Position numbers and translations under genes: made by a program
Notes under the pieces: generated by a model
What the model was told of the DNA's origin: nothing
The model's database searches: none
What the model saw: only the letters and a program-made list of their open reading frames with translations
DNA from: Candidatus Limnocylindria bacterium
GTDB taxonomy: Bacteria; Chloroflexota; Limnocylindria; QHBO01
NCBI GenBank assembly: GCA_036556325.1
Contig: DATBJR010000113.1
Coordinates: 1-58,892 of the forward strand
Direction: 5' to 3'
DNA length: 58,892 nucleotides
Shown here: positions 52,155 to 58,892 of the stretch, in pieces
Layout: each line of letters opens with the position of its first letter
Position numbering within the stretch: the first letter of the stretch is position 1

Positions 52155-53329
52155 GAGCGGGAGATGCCGGCGCCGGCGAAGGCCGCTTCCAGGTCGCCGA
52201 TGAGGTCGTCGGCTGACTCGATGCCGACCGACAGGCGCACCAGCCCGGCCGGCACGGCCAGCGGCGACTCCGCGACCGAGGCATGGGTCATGGCGTGCGG
52301 AAGCTCGATGAGCGACTCCACCGCGCCCAGCGACTCGGCCAGCGTGAAGAGGCGGGTGCAGGCCACGAAGCGGTGGGCGGCGTCGTCATCGGCGGCCAGC
52401 TCGAAGCTGACCATGGCCCCCGGCAGGCGCATCTGGACGGCGCACAGCTCCCGCTGCGGGTTGCCCTCCAGCCCCGGGTAGTAGACCCGCTGCACTTCTG
52501 GACGCCCGTCGAGCCAGTCCGCGATGGCCCGTGCGTTCTCGCAGGCCCGATCCATGCGCACCGCCAGGGTCCGGATGCCGCGCAGCACCAGCCAGCAGTC
52601 GAAGGGGGACGGCACCGCGCCCGCGGCGTTCTGGTGGAACCGCAGCCGCTCGGCCAGGTCGTCGCGACCGGTGGCCACCAGGCCGCCGACCACGTCGGAG
52701 TGGCCGCCGAGGTACTTCGTCGCCGAGTGCAGGACCAGGTCCGCGCCCAGCTCCAGCGGCCGCTGCAGGTAGGGCGTGGCGAACGTGTTGTCGACCACGC
52801 TGAGCGCGCCGGCACCCCGCGCCAGCTCGGACAGGCGCCGGATGTCCACGATCTTGAGCGTCGGATTGGTGGGGGTCTCGATCCAGACCATGGCCACCGG
52901 TCCACGGTCCGCCGCCAGCGCGGCGGCTACCGCGTCCGCATCGGCCAGGTCGATCGGCTCCGGGAGCACCCCGTACCGACGCCAGACCTTGTCCGCCAGC
53001 CGCCAGGTGCCGCCGTACACGTCGTCCGACATGAGGATCCGCTCGCCCGGCTCGACCAGGTACAGCAGGTTCTGGGTGGCGGCCAAACCGGAGGCATAGG
53101 CGAAGCCGTGCGTCGCCGTCTCGAGCGCGGCGATCGCGCCTTCCAGCGCGGTGCGCGTCGGATTGCCGGAGCGGCTGTACTCGTAGCCGCCGCGCGGCTG
53201 GCCGACGGCGTCCTGCTTGAAGGTGGTGCTCATCTGGATGGGCGCCACCACCGCGCCCGTGGCCGGATCCGGCTCGACGCCGGCATGCACTGCCAGCGTC
53301 TCGAAGCTGTCGCGCGGGGTGTCCGTCAT
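52151..53329 (-). CDS. cystathionine gamma-lyase / gamma-synthase family PLP enzyme
   Basis: I use the internal ATG at 53329 (MTDTPRDSFETLAVHAG). YSRSGNPTR, DNTFATP and HSATKYLGGHSD (PLP lysine) are present. Confidence 0.9.
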   Translation of the reverse strand: MTDTPRDSFETLAVHAGVEPDPATGAVVAPIQMSTTFKQDAVGQPRGGYEYSRSGNPTRTALEGAIAALETATHGFAYASGLAATQNLLYLVEPGERILMSDDVYGGTWRLADKVWRRYGVLPEPIDLADADAVAAALAADRGPVAMVWIETPTNPTLKIVDIRRLSELARGAGALSVVDNTFATPYLQRPLELGADLVLHSATKYLGGHSDVVGGLVATGRDDLAERLRFHQNAAGAVPSPFDCWLVLRGIRTLAVRMDRACENARAIADWLDGRPEVQRVYYPGLEGNPQRELCAVQMRLPGAMVSFELAADDDAAHRFVACTRLFTLAESLGAVESLIELPHAMTHASVAESPLAVPAGLVRLSVGIESADDLIGDLEAAFAGAGISRS

Positions 53330-53913
53330 CCGCGCCGGCTGGAGCCGATGAGCCACCAGGTCGCCGGCAGCAGGCCTGCCGCCAGCCCGATCTTCAGCGC
53401 GTCGCCGACGAGGAAGGGCGTCACGCCGTACTCCAGGCCTTTCGACAGGTCGACGCCCAGCGCGGCCATCAGCCACGGCAGGCCGATGGCGTAGATCACC
53501 AGGTTGCCGGCGACCATGAGGCCGATGGTGCCCGGCACGGTGCGGTCCGCACCGCGCCGTGCCAGCACACCGACGATGCCGGCCGCGACCACGAACCCGA
53601 CGATGTAGCCGAACGACGCGAACGCCATGCCGGACCTGCCTTCGGCGAACCAGCCCAACCCAGCCACGCCGACGAGGAGGTACAGGAGCATGGACGCGCT
53701 GCCGCGGACCGGACCCAGCGCCGCGCCGGCCAGCAGCACGGTGAAGGTCTGGAGCGTGATCGGCACCGGGGTGAACGGGAGGGGGATCGAGATCTGGGCC
53801 GCCAATCCCGTCAGCGCCGCCGCCCCCACGATCAGCGCCGCGTCGCGCAGGGCGGCTCCCGGCAGGAGATCGGCCAGCACCCGCCGGCGGGCGGGCGCGG
53901 TGAGGAGGGTCAT
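53326..53913 (-). CDS. bioY: biotin transporter BioY
   Basis: I use the internal ATG at 53913 (MTLLTAP). PFTPVPITLQTF and GYIVGF are BioY signatures. ATGA overlaps occur at both ends. Confidence 0.85.
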   Translation of the reverse strand: MTLLTAPARRRVLADLLPGAALRDAALIVGAAALTGLAAQISIPLPFTPVPITLQTFTVLLAGAALGPVRGSASMLLYLLVGVAGLGWFAEGRSGMAFASFGYIVGFVVAAGIVGVLARRGADRTVPGTIGLMVAGNLVIYAIGLPWLMAALGVDLSKGLEYGVTPFLVGDALKIGLAAGLLPATWWLIGSSRRG

Positions 53914-55451
53914 CGGGTTCGCGGGAAGCCCAGGTCGACCTGGCTGGTGCCCGGGTCGGGCCAGCGCGCGGTGACGACCTTGCCTCGCGTGTAGAACTGG
54001 ATGCCCTCGGGCCCGTACATGTGCAGATCTCCGAACAGCGATGATTTCCAGCCCCCGAAGCTGTAGTAGGCCACCGGCACCGGGATCGGGACGTTGATGC
54101 CCACCATGCCGACGTTGATGTCGAACTGGAACTGGCGCGCCGCCCCGCCGTCGCGGGTGAAGATCGCCGTGCCGTTGGCGTAGGGATTCTGCTCGATGAC
54201 CTCGACCGCCTCCGCGTAGGTCGGGACGCGCACGATCTCCAGCACCGGGCCGAAGATCTCGTTGCGGTAGCACTCCATCTCCGGCGTCACGTGGTCCAGC
54301 AGGCTGACGCCCAGGAAGAAGCCGCCGTCGTCCTGCGAATAGAGGACGTGCTCGCGCCCGTCGACCCGCAGCGTGGCACCTGCCTCGCGCCCCGCGTCCA
54401 GGAAGCCGGCCACCCGGTCCCGATGCTCGCGGGTGATGAGCGGCCCCATCTCCGAGCCTTCGTCGCTGCCCGGTCCGACCTTGATCTTCGGCAGCCGGTC
54501 CTCGATTGCCTCCACCAGCGGATCCGCCACGTCGCCCACCGCCACTACCACGCTGATCGCCATGCAGCGCTCGCCGGCCGAGCCGTATGCCGCGGACACG
54601 GCCGCATCGGCCGCCATGCCGATGTCGGCGTCGGGCAGGACCACCATGTGGTTCTTGGCCCCGCCCAGCGCCTGCACCCGCTTGCCGTGCCTGGTGCCCG
54701 TCTCGTAGATGTAGCGGGCGATCGGTGTCGAGCCGACGAAGCTGATGGCGGCGATGTCCGGGTGCTCCAGCAGCCGATCGACCGCCACCTTGTCGCCGTG
54801 GATCACGTTGAAGACACCGTCCGGCACCCCGGCCTCCCGCAGCAGCTCGGCCAGGTAGACCGAGGCCGACGGGTCCTTCTCGGACGGCTTCAGCACGAAC
54901 GTGTTGCCGCAGGCGATGGCGTTGGCGAACATCCACATCGGCACCATGGCCGGGAAGTTGAACGGGGTGATGCCGGCCACCACGCCCAGCGGCTGGCGGA
55001 TCTGGTACACGTCGATGCCGGTCGAGGCCTGCTCACTGAACTGGCCCTTCAGCAGCTGCGAGATGCCGGTGGCGAACTCCAGGTTCTCCAGCCCGCGGGC
55101 CACCTCGCCCAGGGCGTCGGTGGGCACCTTGCCGTGCTCGGCGGTCAGGAAGGCGGCGATGTCCCGGCGGTGCTCGTCCACCAGGTTCCGGATGCGGAAC
55201 ATGATCTCGGTCCGGCGGCTGAGCGACGTGGCGCGCCAGGCGGGGAACGCCTCGCGGGCCGTCCGGACCGCGGCGTCGACCTCCTCGACCGAGGCGAAGT
55301 CGACCTCGCGGGCCACTTCGCCGGTGGCCGGGTTATAGACGGGGCCACTGCGACCGCTGGTCCCGGGCACGCGGCGGCCGCCGATCCAGTGGTTGACGCG
55401 GTCGTGGACGGGCGCTGCGGATGCGGGTGTCGGCTCCGCGATCTGTGTCAT
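53910..55451 (-). CDS. mmsA: CoA-acylating methylmalonate-semialdehyde dehydrogenase
   Basis: ITPFNFPAMVPMWMFANAIACGNTFVLKPSEKDP is MmsA-specific. The catalytic Cys is in GERCMA. The protein is 513 aa. Confidence 0.9.
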   Translation of the reverse strand: MTQIAEPTPASAAPVHDRVNHWIGGRRVPGTSGRSGPVYNPATGEVAREVDFASVEEVDAAVRTAREAFPAWRATSLSRRTEIMFRIRNLVDEHRRDIAAFLTAEHGKVPTDALGEVARGLENLEFATGISQLLKGQFSEQASTGIDVYQIRQPLGVVAGITPFNFPAMVPMWMFANAIACGNTFVLKPSEKDPSASVYLAELLREAGVPDGVFNVIHGDKVAVDRLLEHPDIAAISFVGSTPIARYIYETGTRHGKRVQALGGAKNHMVVLPDADIGMAADAAVSAAYGSAGERCMAISVVVAVGDVADPLVEAIEDRLPKIKVGPGSDEGSEMGPLITREHRDRVAGFLDAGREAGATLRVDGREHVLYSQDDGGFFLGVSLLDHVTPEMECYRNEIFGPVLEIVRVPTYAEAVEVIEQNPYANGTAIFTRDGGAARQFQFDINVGMVGINVPIPVPVAYYSFGGWKSSLFGDLHMYGPEGIQFYTRGKVVTARWPDPGTSQVDLGFPRTR

Positions 55452-55516
55452 GGCTTGGCACCTGCCTGCGGTGGTCCGCTGACTTTACCCCTCAGGCTCG
55501 ACGGCGTCAGCGACCC

Positions 55517-56638
55517 TCACTCCGGCCGAGGCGGCTGCACCTCGCCACGGCGCACGACGACCCGCGCCCGAGTGTTGCGCCAGTCATAGTCCGCCACTCG
55601 CTCATCGGTGCCCAGCAGCCCGTTGGCGCGCAGCCAGTCGTCGTTGAACAGCTTCGCAATGTAGTTGCGGCCGCTGTCCGGCAGCAGCACCACGAACAGC
55701 GCATCGGGGTCGTCCAGGTCGCGGGCGACCTGGAGCGCCACCCACAGCGCCGTGCCTGCTGACTCCCCCACCAGGATGCCCTCGCTCGCCGTCGCCTGGC
55801 GGGCGGTGAGCATCGCATCGCGGTCGGAGCAGCGGACGATCACGTCGCAGATCTCGGGATCGTAGGTGGTCGGCCAGAAGTCCTCGCCCACACCTTCGGT
55901 CAGGTATGGTCGCGGATCGGCGCCGGAGTAGACGCTGCCGTCCGGATCGGCGCCGATGACGGTGACGCCCGGGTTCTTTTCTCGCAGGTAGCGGGCGGCG
56001 CCGCTGATGGTGCCACCGGTGCCCAGGCCGGCCACGAAGTGGGTGACTCGCCCGTCGGTCGCCTCCCAGATTTCGGGACCCGTGGTCAGGTAATGCGCCT
56101 CCGGGTTGGCGGGATTGGCGTACTGGTCCGGCTTCCAGGCGCCGGGCGTCTCGCGCGCCAGCCGATCCGAGACCCGATAGTAGGAACGCTCGTCGTCCGG
56201 GTCGACGTCCGCGGGGCAGACCACCACGTCCGCGCCGTAGGCGCGCAGCAGGGCGCGCTTCTCTTCCGATTGCTTGTCGGCCATGACGAAGATGCACCGA
56301 TAGCCCTTGATTGCCGCCGCCATGGCCAGGCCGACCCCGGTGTTGCCGCTGGTCGGCTCCACGATCACGCCACCGGGCTGCAGCAGGCCGGCCCGCTCGG
56401 CCGCCTCGATCATGGGCAGCGCAATGCGGTCCTTGACCGATCCGCCGGGGTTCATGTGCTCCAGCTTGGCGACGATCCGCGGCACCACCCCGCCGGCCAG
56501 GCGGTCCAGGGCCACCAGCGGGGTGTGGCCGATGGCCGCGGTCACATCGGGCAGGATGCCCCGATCAGCCAGGGCTGGGCTCCGTGCTTGGCTCGGTGGG
56601 GCCGGGCCGAGCGCGCTCGGCGGCCTCGCGCGCGGCAA
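55517..56638 (-). CDS. cystathionine beta-synthase / cysteine synthase family PLP enzyme (catalytic core only)
   Basis: IGHTPLV, NPGGSVKDR (PLP lysine), TSGNTG and GTGGTISG are present, and the C-terminus is YIAKLFNDDWL. No CBS-pair domain follows. The start is uncertain: TTG 56638 overlaps lgt by 74 nt, and the only alternative is GTG 56545. Confidence 0.85.
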   Translation of the reverse strand: MPRARPPSALGPAPPSQARSPALADRGILPDVTAAIGHTPLVALDRLAGGVVPRIVAKLEHMNPGGSVKDRIALPMIEAAERAGLLQPGGVIVEPTSGNTGVGLAMAAAIKGYRCIFVMADKQSEEKRALLRAYGADVVVCPADVDPDDERSYYRVSDRLARETPGAWKPDQYANPANPEAHYLTTGPEIWEATDGRVTHFVAGLGTGGTISGAARYLREKNPGVTVIGADPDGSVYSGADPRPYLTEGVGEDFWPTTYDPEICDVIVRCSDRDAMLTARQATASEGILVGESAGTALWVALQVARDLDDPDALFVVLLPDSGRNYIAKLFNDDWLRANGLLGTDERVADYDWRNTRARVVVRRGEVQPPRPE

Positions 56639-57458
56639 TCTCCTTCAGGAAGGCACCGGGCACGCCCCAGCCGCGGGCGTGCCGCAGCCAGAGGAAGACG
56701 CCGGAGGCGATGAACGTGATGACCCCCAGCCAGATGGCGGTCGGAATCCCGGCGATCACCCAGTTCTCGACGCGGAACGTCTCGAGCCAGGTGCGCACCG
56801 CGGCGTACCACATCAGGTAGATCAGCAGGATGTCGCCGTCGTAGAGCCGATGCGCCAGCCGGCGGCCGATCCACAGGATGAAGACGAAGCCGACCAGGTT
56901 GAGCAGCGCCTCGTAGGCGAACAGGGGATGAAAGCGGGTCGTGTCGACCGGGAACGCGGCCAGGTTGGTCCAGTCGCCGATGCGGTGCGCGGCATCGATG
57001 GGGATGCCCCATGGCAGGGTGGTGGGCGGCCCGTACAGCTCCTGGTTCACAAAGTTGCCGAGCCGGCCAATGGCCTGGCCCAGCAGCATCACCGAGGCAA
57101 AGATGTCGAACCAGCGCAGCGTGTTGAGCTTTGCCCAGCGGGTATAGAGCCAGATCGCCAGCACGCCACCGATGACGGCACCCGGAATGCCGAGCCCACC
57201 GTTCCAAATCTGCGGGATCAGGGCCGGGTTCTTGGAGTAGACCGGGCCCCACTCGTGGATGACGTGATAGAGGCGAGCGGCAATCACCGCCAGCACCAGG
57301 ACCGGCAGCAGCATCGCCCAGCCGGTGTCCGGGTTCTCGCCGCGGCGGCGGGCCTCGATGCCGCCGACCCAGCCGGCGGCCAGCACGGCGGTGGCGATGA
57401 TGATCCCGTACCAGTGCACCTGGAAGCCGCCGATCTGGAGGGCGATGGGGTTGATCAC
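56565..57458 (-). CDS. lgt: prolipoprotein diacylglyceryl transferase
   Basis: HWYGIIIA, LGQAIGRLGNFVNQELYG and PWGI are characteristic Lgt motifs. Confidence 0.9.
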   Translation of the reverse strand: MINPIALQIGGFQVHWYGIIIATAVLAAGWVGGIEARRRGENPDTGWAMLLPVLVLAVIAARLYHVIHEWGPVYSKNPALIPQIWNGGLGIPGAVIGGVLAIWLYTRWAKLNTLRWFDIFASVMLLGQAIGRLGNFVNQELYGPPTTLPWGIPIDAAHRIGDWTNLAAFPVDTTRFHPLFAYEALLNLVGFVFILWIGRRLAHRLYDGDILLIYLMWYAAVRTWLETFRVENWVIAGIPTAIWLGVITFIASGVFLWLRHARGWGVPGAFLKEIAAREAAERARPGPTEPSTEPSPG

Positions 57459-57468
57459 GCGGCCGATT

Positions 57469-58821
57469 CTACCCCGGCTCGCCGGCGGTCCCCTGCAGCG
57501 CGTCCTGGGCCGAGGTCTCCCGCTCGAGGAGCGTCGGCGCTTCCGGGAAGCGGTCCAGCCGCCAGAGCATTGGGAAGAGGAAGGTCCAGCCGACCGCCAC
57601 GATCAGCGTCGCCGCGCCGCCGATCAGGATGGCGGGCACCACACCCCACCATGCCGCCGTTACGCCGGATTCGAACTCGCCCAGCTCGTTCGAGGCGCCA
57701 ATGAAGACCGCATTCACCGCGCTCACCCGGCCGCGGATCGCATCCGGCGTCTGGAGCTGCACCAGCAGGTGGCGGACGAACATGCTGATCATGTCCGACG
57801 CCCCCAGCACCGTCAGCGCCACCAGCGACAGTACGAAGCTGTGCGACAACCCGAAGACGACGATCGACAACCCGAAGACCGCCACGCCACCGAACAGCCA
57901 GCGGCCCACGGCGCGGCGGATCGGCTGCCAGGCCAGCGCGCCACCGGCGACCGCGGCGCCCACTGCCGGCGCGGCGCGCAGCAGCCCCAGGCCGGTGGGG
58001 CCGACGTGCAGGACGTCGATGGCGATCGCCGGCAGCAGGGCCGTCGCGCCGCCGAACAGCACCGCGAACAGGTCCAGCGAGATCGAGCCCAGGATGGGCC
58101 GATGGCTGCGCACAAAGCGGACGCCGGTCAACAGCTCGCCCAGCCCAGAGGGGCGTCGTGCCGTCTCCTCGGTCCGGCCGCCGCCCTGCAGCCCCCAGAC
58201 CATGACGGCGGCCGCCAGGACCAGGACCGTGACGGTGGCGTAGACCACCGGCAGGCCCACCAGGATCAGGAGGCCACCGACCGAGGGGCCGCCGATGGTG
58301 GCCAGCTGGATGACCGAGGTGTTGAGCGCCACTGCATTGCCGTAGGCGTGGCGCGGCACCAGGTTGATCAGGATGGCCTGGTTGGTCGGCATGTTGAACG
58401 CCCGGCTGACGCCCACGATGGAGATGACCGCGAAGATCGGCAGCGCCGAGGTCAGGCCCACCAGGCTGATGGCCAGCAACGCCGCGCTGGCCACGGCGGT
58501 CAGCAGATAGCAGCCGAAGATCACCCGTCGGCGGTCGTAGTGGTCCGCGACGTGGCCGGCGGGCAGCACCAGCACCACGAACGGCAGGAACTGCGACAGG
58601 CCGATCAGCCCCAGGTCGAGCGGGTTGTGGGTGGTCGCATAGACCTGGAAGCCGACCGCCACGGTCTGCATCTGGACGGCGATGCCGACCAGGAAGCGGG
58701 CGCTCAGGTAGCGCCGCACGTCGGGATAGGCCAGGGACGAGAAGCGCGTCGACACGGGTCGCGCAGCATACCGGCGCCGCAGTGCCACCGCAGTCGGCAA
58801 GTGGCAGACTGCGCGGCACAT
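57469..58821 (-). CDS. MFS transporter (EntS/YbdA-like subfamily pattern)
   Basis: About 12 hydrophobic helices are present, with FRRYLSARFL-type N-terminal and GHVADHYDRRRV loop motifs. The start is uncertain: I chose ATG 58821, and the track ORF starts at 58884. Confidence 0.75.
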   Translation of the reverse strand: MCRAVCHLPTAVALRRRYAARPVSTRFSSLAYPDVRRYLSARFLVGIAVQMQTVAVGFQVYATTHNPLDLGLIGLSQFLPFVVLVLPAGHVADHYDRRRVIFGCYLLTAVASAALLAISLVGLTSALPIFAVISIVGVSRAFNMPTNQAILINLVPRHAYGNAVALNTSVIQLATIGGPSVGGLLILVGLPVVYATVTVLVLAAAVMVWGLQGGGRTEETARRPSGLGELLTGVRFVRSHRPILGSISLDLFAVLFGGATALLPAIAIDVLHVGPTGLGLLRAAPAVGAAVAGGALAWQPIRRAVGRWLFGGVAVFGLSIVVFGLSHSFVLSLVALTVLGASDMISMFVRHLLVQLQTPDAIRGRVSAVNAVFIGASNELGEFESGVTAAWWGVVPAILIGGAATLIVAVGWTFLFPMLWRLDRFPEAPTLLERETSAQDALQGTAGEPG

Positions 58822-58892
58822 CTCGCCGCGGAGGGACGAGGTACCGATGCACGAGCGCCCGGCCACGCCGACGGCGGCCGACAACCGCGACC

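Overview
This is a very GC-rich 58.9 kb chromosomal segment (G+C judged by eye, not computed). It is densely packed with about 55 protein genes and one tRNA-Gln. I see no transposases, integrases, phage genes, CRISPR arrays or rRNA. A 2-oxoglutarate dehydrogenase E1 fused to an E2-type acyltransferase domain, several TANNNT-N6-start (leaderless-type) promoters and many 4-nt start/stop overlaps suggest an Actinomycetota-like genome; that is inference only. The backbone is core metabolism: kgd/sucA, mdh-gltA, thrC, thrB, an aspartokinase-like gene, threonine dehydratase, gltX, upp, lgt, mutY and tag. The accessory modules are more interesting. (1) At 1-3710 a translationally coupled methyltransferase / geranylgeranyl-reductase-type flavoprotein / SRPBCC / KAS cassette has no assignable product. 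(2) At 5174-10798 an ArsR-headed sulfur-trafficking operon carries two DsrE-like/TusA-like pairs, a sulfide:quinone oxidoreductase and a P-type ATPase with an atypical PEEPP ion-site motif. (3) At 21891-28187 a GAF/PAS HisKA_3 kinase, a lone receiver, an MFS transporter fused to a cNMP-binding domain and a DmpA/S58 peptidase form one operon. (4) At 35376-36428 there is a secreted bacterial lysyl-oxidase homologue with both LTQ precursor residues. Sequence-level oddities include an in-frame TAG inside the ABC signature motif of an ABC-F ATPase. Two divergently arranged genes (asparaginase II-like and DUF2332) have conserved N-termini lying upstream of any ATG/GTG/TTG. Three tandem 11-nt units plus one upstream copy, one close to a DnaA box, sit in a convergent spacer. 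A perfect 10-4-10 palindrome sits in a divergent promoter region. No module here can be claimed as a demonstrably new system from sequence alone, and all functional calls rest on motif recognition without database searches.
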